Shown: positions 41,624 through 51,564, numbered from the stretch's first letter. The stretch: 60,257 bases of DNA from a virus (IMGVR_UViG_3300027759_000010:1-60257); one strand, 5' to 3'. A program made the numbers and translations. Notes: generated from the letters alone by a model not told the origin.

Positions 41624-42616
41624 TTAAACCAAGTGATTCAAAGCAAGTGCGCCAATACCGCCGCCGTTTGATTCCACCGCACCGCCGTTGGCAAACAGTT
41701 TGCTGATACCAGCCGCGCCAAGACCCAACGATGCAATATTTTGTGCAGCCGAGGGAGGAGCTTGATAAATAGAACTACCTGTTTGCGACAGAGGCGTGCC
41801 GCGCAACATATCAGACATAAAGCTAAGCTGCTTATACGGGTAGTTCTGGAAGTTCAGATAGTCTTGGTATTTATTGTTTAAATCACTTTGCACCTGTTGC
41901 TGCTGTTGCAAACCGTACTGGTTCTGAAATGCGTTAATGCCCATGTTCTGTTGGTACTGCGTGTTGCCCAGATTGCCTAAATTTTGAGCAGCTTGACCAG
42001 CCGTTTGCAGACCCTGAAGACCTAGACCCGCACCAAACTGTTGCTGCTGAGCGTTAAGTTGGTTTTGAGCGTTGTACTGTTGCATTGCTTGGTTGTAAGC
42101 GTTTTGCAGCCCAGTAGCTTGGATGTCACCCTTTTGACGGGCTAAGTTATTTGCTGCTTGGCTACGCATAAGGTAGTCACCGCTACCGCCAAATGCACCC
42201 GAACGAGCCGCTTGAGCTTGCTGCGCTTGTCCTGCAATTTGAGCTTGGCGTTGAGCGTCCTGCTGCTGCCGAGCCACCACATTGTCCATGTAAGGACTCA
42301 TCAGGTTTTGAGCAGCCGAAGAGTTAAAGTTCGCCGGGTTAAACGTGTACTGTGTATTAAGTGCGCCCAACCCAGCCATACCAGCCAAAGCCGTTGCGTC
42401 TTTTAACTGAGGCGCAGTCTGCATCAAAGCCGCGTTTTCATACGACTGGTTTTGCAGTGGAGAGAACTGCGCGGTACGCTCCCCCTGATACTGCATGTAC
42501 GGATTTGCTTCTAAGTCAGTTAGAGCCGCACTCTGGCCGAGCATGTTTTGCGCATACTCTGCTACTTCAGGGGCAAAACCGTATTGGATTTGCTGTGTTT
42601 GTGTGGGCGTAGCCAT
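41624..42616 (-). CDS. Putative ejection (pilot) protein
   Basis: 330 aa, Gln/Ala-rich, MSPY, GAFGGS, C-terminal GLGAAG helix then FANGG. Confidence 0.7.
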   Translation of the reverse strand: MATPTQTQQIQYGFAPEVAEYAQNMLGQSAALTDLEANPYMQYQGERTAQFSPLQNQSYENAALMQTAPQLKDATALAGMAGLGALNTQYTFNPANFNSSAAQNLMSPYMDNVVARQQQDAQRQAQIAGQAQQAQAARSGAFGGSGDYLMRSQAANNLARQKGDIQATGLQNAYNQAMQQYNAQNQLNAQQQQFGAGLGLQGLQTAGQAAQNLGNLGNTQYQQNMGINAFQNQYGLQQQQQVQSDLNNKYQDYLNFQNYPYKQLSFMSDMLRGTPLSQTGSSIYQAPPSAAQNIASLGLGAAGISKLFANGGAVESNGGGIGALALNHLV

Positions 42617-42626
42617 GATTTATTCC

Positions 42627-45600
42627 TTATGCGGGAAGATATTTATCGGCGCGGCTATTTTTAGCCACTTTGCCTTTGCCAATTGAGTTTCGGCGGGCGG
42701 CTTGGATTCTGTCCATCATGGCGTACAGTTTACGCGCACCAGCTTCTGTTGAGCCGTTACCCAACTCAGAAACAATTCGTGCGGGAACTACAAATTCACC
42801 GTCGGCAAGTCGAGCCGGTTGTTTTTTGCCAATCATCGCGGGGATTGAATCACTAGTACCATCGCCGGGGCCACGCAGAAGCCTGCCGCCATCGGAGTAG
42901 TCACCAAGGTTATACATACCACCTCGGGCCAGAGCAGCTATGCCGCCGTAAGCAAAGCCATCAGGGGAAGCGCTTTCGGCGCTGTCAACACCACTACCAC
43001 TAGGGCTACCATCAGGGCTACCACCAATATCATCTGCCCCATCATCCAGTTGGCCAAGGTCTGCTTGAACGTAGGTATCGTCTTGTATAGGGCCACCTAC
43101 TACTACACCGGTATTCGTAGTGCCTTGACCATCATAGTCGCCCTCTTGGTCGCCTAAAGTACCCATCAAGCCGCCGCCCCACGTATAAGACCCCGGTATT
43201 GCATCGAGGTCGTTATCTTGAACATCTTGGTTCCTACTAGAAACAACTTCGTTAAGTGCTGTACCCCTGCTTTCCACAGGCGCAAAGTTGTTAGATTTGC
43301 TGTCAAACATATTTGCAAGATACCCAAGTGCAATTGGGAGGCCGTTAATAAGCCCGTAGCCGGGCATCATTCCTTTTGCAGCACCTAATGCGTAAGCGGC
43401 TATATTTGCTTGTAGTGGATTTTGTTCGAAAAACTCCGCTCTCCCTTTGTCAGACAGGTTTGTCCACGCAGGGTTTGAATCAACATAGGGGTCGCTACTT
43501 CCGCCGAAGGTACTATACTCGCCAAGACCCATGCCAGTATCTTTCGCGTCGCCTTTTAAGTTGTACCGTTTTTTAGCCTCGGCAACACTAATACCCAGCG
43601 CTCTGGCCACTTGCTCTATAGTGATGTTGTTGGTTTTCAGCCACTGTTCGTAGGCTTTGGTGTCTGTTGCCGAGCCGCCAGTAGCCAAACTAAGCAAGCC
43701 CCCAGTGGCCACTGTTGTACTGGTCAGTGCATCCGCAACTTCTCTGTCAGATTTACCGACAACTCTTTTGCCCTCGGGCGTGTAAGACACAGGGATATAG
43801 TCAGGGTTAACTTTGTATTTCCTAGTAACGGGATCGAACAAAACTTTCTTAGAAGCAATATTTGCAGGCACGCCTAGAACTGATTCAGAATACGGTTTCA
43901 TTACCTCGCCAGTAGCTGTGTACGGCGTAGCTGAATAGTTTGATTTGCCCATCAAGTAGTCATAGGCTTGCTTAGAACCACCAGTCTGCTTGTTATATTT
44001 TTTATCAAACTCTTCAATTGTTTTAGGCGCATAGGACGTATAGCCCAAGCTACCTCCGCCAGCAGTATAGGCGTCCTTCACCTCATCCATACCCGAGAAA
44101 CCGCCGTACGGACGACCCGGAATATTCGGCGTTACAGTGATTGAGCCGTCTGGGTTATATGTTTTATCGCCGGGGTTGGTAGCATTTCCATACGGATTTC
44201 GTATGCTATTAAAATCAAACCCCGTTCTAGCGCCGGGAGCCCGCAATTGAGAAGCAGCAAATATATCTTTGTCAAAGTCAATGTCCGAAGCTACTAGTTG
44301 GGCAACGGTTTTACCTGTTTGCCTCAGAACATCCGCTTCAGTCATACCTCTTGCTGCCAAGGACGCTGTGGCTTCTCTAATTTTTTGGGCAGTTGTAGCA
44401 GCCGAATCAGCTTTAGCGTAGGTTTGGAATTGGCCGTACAGGTTTTTAAGGTCTGGAATAGTTTTTGTTGCGTCGAACGCATCTTTGTACCATGCCTGCG
44501 TTTTATCAGCCGCAGTAACCTCACGCCCAAGCGTATTGCGCACCCACTCGTCGACAATATTAGTCCGATCCGCTGACTGATACCCCGTGTAAGGCGTGAC
44601 AGCAGACGCATAGCTGCTGCTTCTAGCCGGGTCGGTATTAAATATCTCCCCACTTGTACGTGCGTTTCTCAAGAAATCTTCATACACTTGTTCTGGTCTT
44701 TGCCCAGCACTAAGCATCACTGGATTAAACGCTGCTATTCGGTCTGTATAAGTTGCAAGACCACCCGGATCTGCATCACGCCCCAGCACGTTGCGGTACA
44801 TGTCGGCTACTTGCGTTTGTATAGGAGCCTTTGAAAGAGCCTTTTCTGTAGCATCACCAGCGACGCCTTGCCAAGCCTCTACCTCCCAAGGTGCCGCTGC
44901 GCGACCCCACACTTCTTGATAGGCTTTCTGCACCATATCATCACTGACCGTTGGTGATGTGTAATCTACTGTCGCCTGATATTGAGAGCTTGGGTTAGCT
45001 CGTTGTGCTGCTGTTAACGGGGAGTTTTGCAGTGACGATACAAGCGTTTGATAGTCTAGTCCTCCTGTACCGGCAGCTTGTGCCCTACTAAAATCCGTAC
45101 GAGGAGGCGTACCAAACTTGTCCTCCGTCTCAGGAAACGGCATGTTCCCCGGACTACCTAAGGGGTTGTCGCTGTCCATAATAGGCATAGTAGGCCCCCT
45201 TGGGCCGCTGCCGACAGGCAGTGTGTCACCGCCGTCAGCCATGCGAACAACAGGCTCGCTACGCTGAGCAAAGTTTAATTGGCCGGGGCTGTAGCCGCCG
45301 TCATACATGCCCATCAAACCGCCATCGGCTGCTGTTTCTTCGTCTTCTTCTTTTTTTGCTTTTCTAGGCACTTCGTAGTTGCCTGTAGACGTGTAACGCT
45401 GGGTGTATGGATCGAATGAATACGTGCTCATCTGGCCGGGGCGCGTTGTTGTAGTCGGCATATTGGACTTAACTGCTTGGTCAGCTAGGATAGGAGCAGC
45501 ACCTGCGGCTAAATATTTAAAATTGTCCTTGGCAAAACCACCAAAAGCGCTGGGGCTAGATGTGACTGCTTTTGCGCCTGCACTAAGTCTGTCAAAGGGG

Positions 45601-46145
45601 CCTGCACTTGTTGCAACACGAGAAGAGGCCTCGGAAGCGCTATCTATTGCCTGTCGTTTTAGTGCCTCAGCCGCTTCAGTAGTGAGCCCTTGTTCCGCTC
45701 CGTAACGTAAAGCTTCTTCTCCGGCGAGTCTACCGGCTTCGTTTGCAGCTAAATTAGTAGCCTCCCCAGACAACACATTTGTGCCCGCGCCAAGCAAGCC
45801 AGCACCCAAACCAGCGCCACCATAAGCGCCAAGACCTGCGCTAATACCACGACCTAAATCGCCTGTACGTGCTGCTTCAACTGCACCAACACCCAAGCCA
45901 GCCATAGTTGGGCTAATAGCGCCGCCTGACAAATACGAGACACCAAAACCAATAAGAGATGGGAGCAGCTTTTCCAAGAAGTTAGCTTCAGGAAGACCCG
46001 TCTCAGGGTTGATAGTCAGTGAGCCGCCGTTCTTCACGGCCAAAGCTTGTAGCCCCTGCACTTCACGTGGGGACATGTGGATGAGCATCGAGTCAGGGCC
46101 GCGACCCTTGGATGCCATGTGATCGGCTAGTACTGCAAGGCTCAT
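42627..46145 (-). CDS. Large internal virion protein with multiple xxxGG motifs, DUF4214-like repeats and a C-terminal GPGDG/GEFV domain
   Basis: 1172 aa; GRGPDSMLIH...INPETGLPE N terminus; Y..VLGR.AD.GG repeats; GPGDGTSDSIPA...LADGEFVVPA. Confidence 0.7.
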   Translation of the reverse strand: MSLAVLADHMASKGRGPDSMLIHMSPREVQGLQALAVKNGGSLTINPETGLPEANFLEKLLPSLIGFGVSYLSGGAISPTMAGLGVGAVEAARTGDLGRGISAGLGAYGGAGLGAGLLGAGTNVLSGEATNLAANEAGRLAGEEALRYGAEQGLTTEAAEALKRQAIDSASEASSRVATSAGPFDRLSAGAKAVTSSPSAFGGFAKDNFKYLAAGAAPILADQAVKSNMPTTTTRPGQMSTYSFDPYTQRYTSTGNYEVPRKAKKEEDEETAADGGLMGMYDGGYSPGQLNFAQRSEPVVRMADGGDTLPVGSGPRGPTMPIMDSDNPLGSPGNMPFPETEDKFGTPPRTDFSRAQAAGTGGLDYQTLVSSLQNSPLTAAQRANPSSQYQATVDYTSPTVSDDMVQKAYQEVWGRAAAPWEVEAWQGVAGDATEKALSKAPIQTQVADMYRNVLGRDADPGGLATYTDRIAAFNPVMLSAGQRPEQVYEDFLRNARTSGEIFNTDPARSSSYASAVTPYTGYQSADRTNIVDEWVRNTLGREVTAADKTQAWYKDAFDATKTIPDLKNLYGQFQTYAKADSAATTAQKIREATASLAARGMTEADVLRQTGKTVAQLVASDIDFDKDIFAASQLRAPGARTGFDFNSIRNPYGNATNPGDKTYNPDGSITVTPNIPGRPYGGFSGMDEVKDAYTAGGGSLGYTSYAPKTIEEFDKKYNKQTGGSKQAYDYLMGKSNYSATPYTATGEVMKPYSESVLGVPANIASKKVLFDPVTRKYKVNPDYIPVSYTPEGKRVVGKSDREVADALTSTTVATGGLLSLATGGSATDTKAYEQWLKTNNITIEQVARALGISVAEAKKRYNLKGDAKDTGMGLGEYSTFGGSSDPYVDSNPAWTNLSDKGRAEFFEQNPLQANIAAYALGAAKGMMPGYGLINGLPIALGYLANMFDSKSNNFAPVESRGTALNEVVSSRNQDVQDNDLDAIPGSYTWGGGLMGTLGDQEGDYDGQGTTNTGVVVGGPIQDDTYVQADLGQLDDGADDIGGSPDGSPSGSGVDSAESASPDGFAYGGIAALARGGMYNLGDYSDGGRLLRGPGDGTSDSIPAMIGKKQPARLADGEFVVPARIVSELGNGSTEAGARKLYAMMDRIQAARRNSIGKGKVAKNSRADKYLPA

Positions 46146-46179
46146 ATCTGCCTCTCAAAATGTGGGTTGCTGAATAATA

Positions 46180-46452
46180 TCATGTTGACGTCTTTATGCG
46201 AAGCATTTGGCTTGTTGCCTGCACACCATCTTGCGTGTCTCTGTAGACATCGCCAAGCCTCAAAGTAGGCAAGTCCGCCTCAGTAGGCAATGTGGCAAGA
46301 TTTAAATTTAATGTTGACCCGCCCATATCGCCGGGGTTGGACAACTGATTAAAGTACAGGCGCAAGATGTTGTTGAACTGGTCAAAGTACCGTTTGTCGT
46401 ACTCGTCAGGGGGCAACGGTAGGCTTGGGGAGGTTGCGTTTAGTTCAGCCAT
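46180..46452 (-). CDS. Small conserved tail-module protein
   Basis: P.LPLPP.EY....F.QFNNILRLYFNQL. Confidence 0.7.
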   Translation of the reverse strand: MAELNATSPSLPLPPDEYDKRYFDQFNNILRLYFNQLSNPGDMGGSTLNLNLATLPTEADLPTLRLGDVYRDTQDGVQATSQMLRIKTST

Positions 46453-48593
46453 TAGCGTCTACCATCAGCCCTGATGTCAATTCGTGGTGCGCCCAACTGC
46501 CAGCATGTATTGACTTGGTTGGAGCTAATCTTAAATATCATCTGGCGACCACGCATACGGGTAAATATTTGCCCTGTAAATTCTTCGGTAATGACGTACG
46601 TACTACCCTTGATAACCGTACCGCTAGCACTGCTTGTGGTTCCGGAACCAGAATTAGTCAGACCGTACAGCGTCATAGTTACCCGTGGGGCAACGGCGGC
46701 GGGGCTATTAGTAGCATTTTCAAAACTTAAATCGGGTAGGACGCGCCAAACAAAACCAAAGTTATGACCGTCACCAATATCAAACTCGGACGAACTAATG
46801 TAAGCATCAATTGCAGCCGCAGTGCCGGTTGTGTTGTCGTTCAACCCTGTTTCATGGTTAATTAAGTTACCTGTAATTGCAGTGCTGTTGTACTTGGCAG
46901 CAATAGGGACAGCCTGCAAACCAGAGTCAAGCCAAGCTGTACGCTCCATTGTGCCGTAATACCAGATTTTTTCTTGGTAGTTATAGATAACATACCTGTC
47001 CACTACCGTGCTGTTAGCCGAGCAGTAGAACCACCAGACCTCATTGAAGCCTTCGTTTGTTCCGGCAAAAACTTGCAACGACTGCTCTTGATTTAAATCT
47101 TGGAATACATAGCGGCGCAGGTCACAGTTTAGTGTGTTTACACGGCCATCGTAGACGTAGAACTTGTCCACACCCATCCAGTACACAACGCCCGAGGCAA
47201 TCACAGCCGAGTTAGGACTCATGATTGAGATGTTGTCACCAAGAAGCTGCGGCACCCAGACGTAAGGAGGGCCGAGATACTGGAGCGAGTACACAGCCGA
47301 GTCGGTAAACATCACAATTTCTTGGCGAGTTTGTACAATACCTACAATTTCAGAACCGTGAGATATACGGATGAACCCCGCTTGGTTGGTGGGGTCTGGC
47401 GTCCAGTTATAGATGTCGTCTTGCCCTGACCAGCGAATTAACATGGGGTCTAATACATTAGAGCCGTAGTCATTACACCCAAACGCAATTACAAAACGAG
47501 AACTGTCGGACACCGTAAAGTTGTTCTGCACAGTCGGCACATCTACAATTAAAGAAATGTACACACCTGTACCCGTACTTGATGTATTGACCGCATTACC
47601 TGCGCCGTCCAAAAGCTTAAACGTCAACCCATTAACTTCAAATACATAATACGTAGTTGCCGTAGAGATGCCCGTGGGTAAAGATGTGGTGGCCGCAAAC
47701 TGAAGCGCCGCGCCTTCTGTATATAGAATGGTTGAAGTCACCACAGTTGGTGAGGCATTGGTAAAAGTAACCGTACCGCCTAAAGAATTGAGCAACACAC
47801 CCCGAGTGCTTACAGTGTTAGTTGCGTTCCAGTAGTAAATAGCGCCGTTACGGGGGCCGTAAACTAAATCTTGGCCATAGTTAATTTGGTTCCACAAACG
47901 AAGCGAAGATGTGGATGAAAGGCCATAACCCCATGTACCAATCGTGCCACTGGCAGGGGGAGGACTACCCCAAGCGCCAGCGCCCCACCCCACAAGAGGA
48001 ACAGGAATCACGGGGCCAACATTGATCTGGTACGTGGCTACAACAGAAGCACCGCCACCGGGAGAGCCAGCAATAGCCGTGGCATTTGGCGTCACGGAAA
48101 TTACAATTGTGTAGGTGTTGGCTGTTAAAACTGTAACTTGATACTGCGCGTTTAGTATCGTAGCCGTAACGTTTGTGCCGCCACTGCCAATAGCTACAGC
48201 CCCGCTAAATGTTACAAAATCTCCAGTGACGCAGCCGTGGCTTGTGTCTGTTACTGTAACTGTAGTGGAAGCTGTTAACGCAAACGGATTGTTGTTGATC
48301 GTAGAGGACGCACGGATGGGCGTGATGTCGTAGTAGAGGCCACCTTGATTGAGATAGAACTTGAGGTTCGTGCCAACGCCAATTAAGTTGTCGCCACCAA
48401 GCGTCACCCAATTCCACAAAGACCGGCATACGCCTTGATACGTAGCAGCAGAGTACGGTTGCCAGCCACCAATAACTTCTGGATTGCCTTGACGAAAGCG
48501 CACCTTGTCGGCTTCATACCAACCGCCTTCGGTGGTGTAGCGGGTGTTCTCTTTATTTACCCCCGGCTTGAAAAGCACCTTCTGTAATGGCAT
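46452..48593 (-). CDS. Putative tail nozzle/DNA stabilisation protein (P22 gp10-like beta-propeller)
   Basis: 713 aa beta-rich; DPMLIRWS, VYWMG..KFYVYDG, F.EVWWFY patterns; precedes the ejection genes. Confidence 0.7.
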   Translation of the reverse strand: MPLQKVLFKPGVNKENTRYTTEGGWYEADKVRFRQGNPEVIGGWQPYSAATYQGVCRSLWNWVTLGGDNLIGVGTNLKFYLNQGGLYYDITPIRASSTINNNPFALTASTTVTVTDTSHGCVTGDFVTFSGAVAIGSGGTNVTATILNAQYQVTVLTANTYTIVISVTPNATAIAGSPGGGASVVATYQINVGPVIPVPLVGWGAGAWGSPPPASGTIGTWGYGLSSTSSLRLWNQINYGQDLVYGPRNGAIYYWNATNTVSTRGVLLNSLGGTVTFTNASPTVVTSTILYTEGAALQFAATTSLPTGISTATTYYVFEVNGLTFKLLDGAGNAVNTSSTGTGVYISLIVDVPTVQNNFTVSDSSRFVIAFGCNDYGSNVLDPMLIRWSGQDDIYNWTPDPTNQAGFIRISHGSEIVGIVQTRQEIVMFTDSAVYSLQYLGPPYVWVPQLLGDNISIMSPNSAVIASGVVYWMGVDKFYVYDGRVNTLNCDLRRYVFQDLNQEQSLQVFAGTNEGFNEVWWFYCSANSTVVDRYVIYNYQEKIWYYGTMERTAWLDSGLQAVPIAAKYNSTAITGNLINHETGLNDNTTGTAAAIDAYISSSEFDIGDGHNFGFVWRVLPDLSFENATNSPAAVAPRVTMTLYGLTNSGSGTTSSASGTVIKGSTYVITEEFTGQIFTRMRGRQMIFKISSNQVNTCWQLGAPRIDIRADGRR

Positions 48594-48622
48594 AATGACC
48601 TACCTTAAACGGAGACAACACC

Positions 48623-49348
48623 ATGTACGTATACATCTGGAAGACCCTTGAAGGCCAACCGTTCTACGTTGGTTTGACAAAAACTATCCACCGCACTAAC
48701 CCGCGTAACGCTGGGGGACGTAATTGGCTGTGCCGACAAAAATTGGCAGAGCTTGGCGTAGAAAATGTGGTGGTCGAATTTCATACAGTGACCGATATTA
48801 TCAGTGCGCAAGAACTTGAACGCAAGTTAATTACAGAGTACGGGCGTGTGCAATTAAGCAACGGGCCACTCACTAATTTACAAGAAGGCGGCAACGGTGC
48901 ACATGGAATGTCAGCCGCCGGAAAAGAATCTTTACGCCAACACATGCTTGACCCTACGCACCCAATTCGTAGTCCTGAAGCAAGGGCCAAACAACGCGCA
49001 AGGATGAAAGCACCTGATGTCACGGTTTTGTTTAGTGGGGAAAATAACCCATCCAAACGCCCAGAAGTACGCGCTAAGTTAAAAGCAATGTGGACAAATC
49101 CAGAATTTCGTGCAGCACGAATTGCTGAAAGGGTTGGCGTTAAAAAACATTCAGCCCAGTTTAAGGATGCTGCGCGGCAACGCCTACTTGACGTAAATAA
49201 CCCTATGCGGGAGTACCACAAGGTGCTTAATAGCGATCCAACCATAGCCGCAAAACGAGTAGCAACATTACGCAGCCCAGAACAACGCGCTCGGCAATCT
49301 GAAGCAATGAAAGCAAATTGGGCCAAGCGTAAGGCACTCATAGCTTAA
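48623..49348 (+). CDS. GIY-YIG homing endonuclease-like protein, antisense to the late operon
   Basis: YVYIW......PFYVG..., E..LI..YG......L.N...GG.G, then NUMOD-like GENNP/NPM repeats; GGAG RBS. Confidence 0.8.
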   Translation: MYVYIWKTLEGQPFYVGLTKTIHRTNPRNAGGRNWLCRQKLAELGVENVVVEFHTVTDIISAQELERKLITEYGRVQLSNGPLTNLQEGGNGAHGMSAAGKESLRQHMLDPTHPIRSPEARAKQRARMKAPDVTVLFSGENNPSKRPEVRAKLKAMWTNPEFRAARIAERVGVKKHSAQFKDAARQRLLDVNNPMREYHKVLNSDPTIAAKRVATLRSPEQRARQSEAMKANWAKRKALIA

Positions 49349-49374
49349 TCCAGTAGGGCGCATTTGGGTACGCA

Positions 49375-49803
49375 TTAAGCATACGCCCTAACTCCCGCCT
49401 TGTCAATGATAAGCGCTTGCCTACGGGGAGTTCCGTCTGGGGTGTTCGTCACACTGATATGCGTCCATGAATTGAACTCACGGATGATCTGGTCAACCGG
49501 CAAACCCGCAGCAATGACTGCACGTACCACAGCATCGGGAGTCATGCCGGGAACACGGATGTCCGCAGCGCAGCCCAGCCGGTGCTGGCTGGTGTCTTTT
49601 GAACCAACCGAATCATTCACGGCCTTAGACCGGAACCCAGAGTTAATCATGATTGGTTTGCCGTCGAGCGCCGTCTTTACCTGCTCCAAGAACTCAGCAA
49701 GGCGTTGGAGGTTGGCAGTCTCGGCTTCGTTTGGGGTGTTGTCAAACTGCCTGTGGCTAGTGGCGGTCAGTTCGTCCAGCGTAAAGTGCTCGGTAAGGTT
49801 CAT
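49375..49803 (-). CDS. Endolysin, peptidase M15A family
   Basis: LTEHFTLDE, INSGFRS, SQH..G.AAD, WTHIS. Confidence 0.9.
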   Translation of the reverse strand: MNLTEHFTLDELTATSHRQFDNTPNEAETANLQRLAEFLEQVKTALDGKPIMINSGFRSKAVNDSVGSKDTSQHRLGCAADIRVPGMTPDAVVRAVIAAGLPVDQIIREFNSWTHISVTNTPDGTPRRQALIIDKAGVRAYA

Positions 49804-50297
49804 TTAACTGGCCCTGCCTTGGAAAGTAAATCGGTCTTGGCTTGTGAGCCAGCAGATGATCCAAAATAATACGCGATTATTCCCGTCCAAGCTGTGCCGA
49901 GGCTCCCCAACATCATCAAGATTGCTGGATTAGCGCTGTCCACTTTGCCAATGAACATCATCACCATAATGCCAAAAAAACCCAGTGTGACTGTACCCGC
50001 AAGTATTGGCGGCATCAGGCTGCGGGTTGTAGCTTGCATCTCCCGTGCTGACTTCCTGTCCTCAACCTCCAGCTTTTCAAAGTTCAGGCCAAGCTCCTGC
50101 GCTTGTTTCTGCAACTCAATTTCAGCAATCTTGACTTGAGCTATTTGTTCTGCTGACAACTTGTTGTTGGAAATTAGGTCGCCCACCTTGTCGGGGTCAA
50201 CGCCGATAGCCTTGGAGATAGCCGACACAGCCATCCCTGCCAAGGGGCCACCAAGCGCAGTAGCGATTGTCGGTGCGATTTGTTTTAGCCAGTCCAT
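49800..50297 (-). CDS. Holin-like protein (3TM/GTA-type)
   Basis: APTIATALGGPLAG, DRKSAREMQ, hydrophobic helices, YYFGSS. Confidence 0.75.
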   Translation of the reverse strand: MDWLKQIAPTIATALGGPLAGMAVSAISKAIGVDPDKVGDLISNNKLSAEQIAQVKIAEIELQKQAQELGLNFEKLEVEDRKSAREMQATTRSLMPPILAGTVTLGFFGIMVMMFIGKVDSANPAILMMLGSLGTAWTGIIAYYFGSSAGSQAKTDLLSKAGPVK

Positions 50298-50905
50298 TAC
50301 TGTTTACTCCTTGATAACATTGTTGCTGCAATTTGAAGCATGGCGCGGGTGCTGTCCATGTCTTCAGGCTCCGAAGCCCATCCAACTGTAATCTGACCGA
50401 CAAACCTACCCGGCTCCGGGGGGACACTGATGCGACAAGTGTACGCAACACCTCTTGCGATGTACCATAAACCCATCTCCGACTGCGCTGACTTGTACTC
50501 ACTGCACGGGATTTCATTTGCCATCAGCTTGACTACATCAGCGTTATTGGCTGCGTTCTGCGTAAACAGGCCAACATCCAGACCGTCGTTTGTTTTGTCT
50601 CTGCCGTTTTTTCCGTAGGCCCGATACAACACCCTAGTGCCAAACATCGAATTGACCTTAAACACCGCCACGATCAAAGCGCCTGACTGTTTAAACAAAT
50701 GGCTTGCGGCGTCCTCAACTCTATCCTCGGCAATGGATGGTATCTTTTTGGATTCCTTGTATGCCCCTATCAACAACTCTTGGTTTGTATATACAAAATA
50801 CCCTGCAAAAGTCAGCACCGCCATCAACACCATCGCAAACAAACGAAACGGGCTGGACACATACTCCAACACCTTGTCAATGATACTTAGCTGTTCTTTA
50901 CTCAT
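50297..50905 (-). CDS. T4 gpT-like holin (single TM plus GAF-like periplasmic domain)
   Basis: Amphipathic N terminus, one TM helix, YKESK, AVF, GQITVGW and AATMLSRSK parallel T4 holin T as recalled from memory. Confidence 0.55.
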   Translation of the reverse strand: MSKEQLSIIDKVLEYVSSPFRLFAMVLMAVLTFAGYFVYTNQELLIGAYKESKKIPSIAEDRVEDAASHLFKQSGALIVAVFKVNSMFGTRVLYRAYGKNGRDKTNDGLDVGLFTQNAANNADVVKLMANEIPCSEYKSAQSEMGLWYIARGVAYTCRISVPPEPGRFVGQITVGWASEPEDMDSTRAMLQIAATMLSRSKQ

Positions 50906-51393
50906 CTTTGGAAACTGCACTTACCAGCGCATTGTGCAAGGACTTCAAACGAAAGATATGCAATGCCGCCAATCAACCCAAAGAAAATTAACCCTAGTAA
51001 GACAATCTCGATAACTTCGTCCATTTCTTTTTTCTGTTTGGCAGCAGCTTCTCGCTCACGCCGCGCATCGTGGGCAGATTCCACATCCATTGCAGCCGCT
51101 CTGGACTTAATCTTGTTCCAAACATCTATCTTGCCACTCTGCATAAACAGCAACTGCAACTCATCTTCAAACCGCTTAGCCTGATCGAGCGCCATCTCAA
51201 TTTGAATGGCAGTGCCCATCGAGGACTTGGACTTCTTGGCCTGTACCGCAGCCTTAGTTGCCGTAGACTTAGCGTCAAAATACTTGCCCAAGACCGGGCC
51301 AAGAGAGCTTACGTCATCAACAGTCTTGCTGACCTTTTTGATTAGCGCAACCGCCGCCTGTATCCCCGCTAGGGCTGTGATCGGGTCAATCAC
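50902..51393 (-). CDS. Membrane-anchored coiled-coil protein in the lysis region
   Basis: MIDPITAL start, C-terminal TM helix. Confidence 0.65.
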   Translation of the reverse strand: MIDPITALAGIQAAVALIKKVSKTVDDVSSLGPVLGKYFDAKSTATKAAVQAKKSKSSMGTAIQIEMALDQAKRFEDELQLLFMQSGKIDVWNKIKSRAAAMDVESAHDARREREAAAKQKKEMDEVIEIVLLGLIFFGLIGGIAYLSFEVLAQCAGKCSFQR

Positions 51394-51544
51394 TTTCGGC
51401 CTCCGCTACTTTCTTTGGCTCCGGTTTATTTTTCTCCCGCCATTTCAGGCACCAGACCAGCAACCTGTCAGACGACCAACTCCACCGCACGCACTCAAAT
51501 ACGGGCGCTTGTACCGCTGGCGGCGGGGGTGGTAAGGCATCCAT
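51386..51544 (-). CDS. Small hypothetical protein (52 aa)
   Basis: Manual translation MDALPPPPPAVQAPVFECVRWSWSSDRLLVWCLKWRE... Confidence 0.55.
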   Translation of the reverse strand: MDALPPPPPAVQAPVFECVRWSWSSDRLLVWCLKWREKNKPEPKKVAEAESD

Positions 51545-51564
51545 CTTCAGCAGTCATTAGAAAT

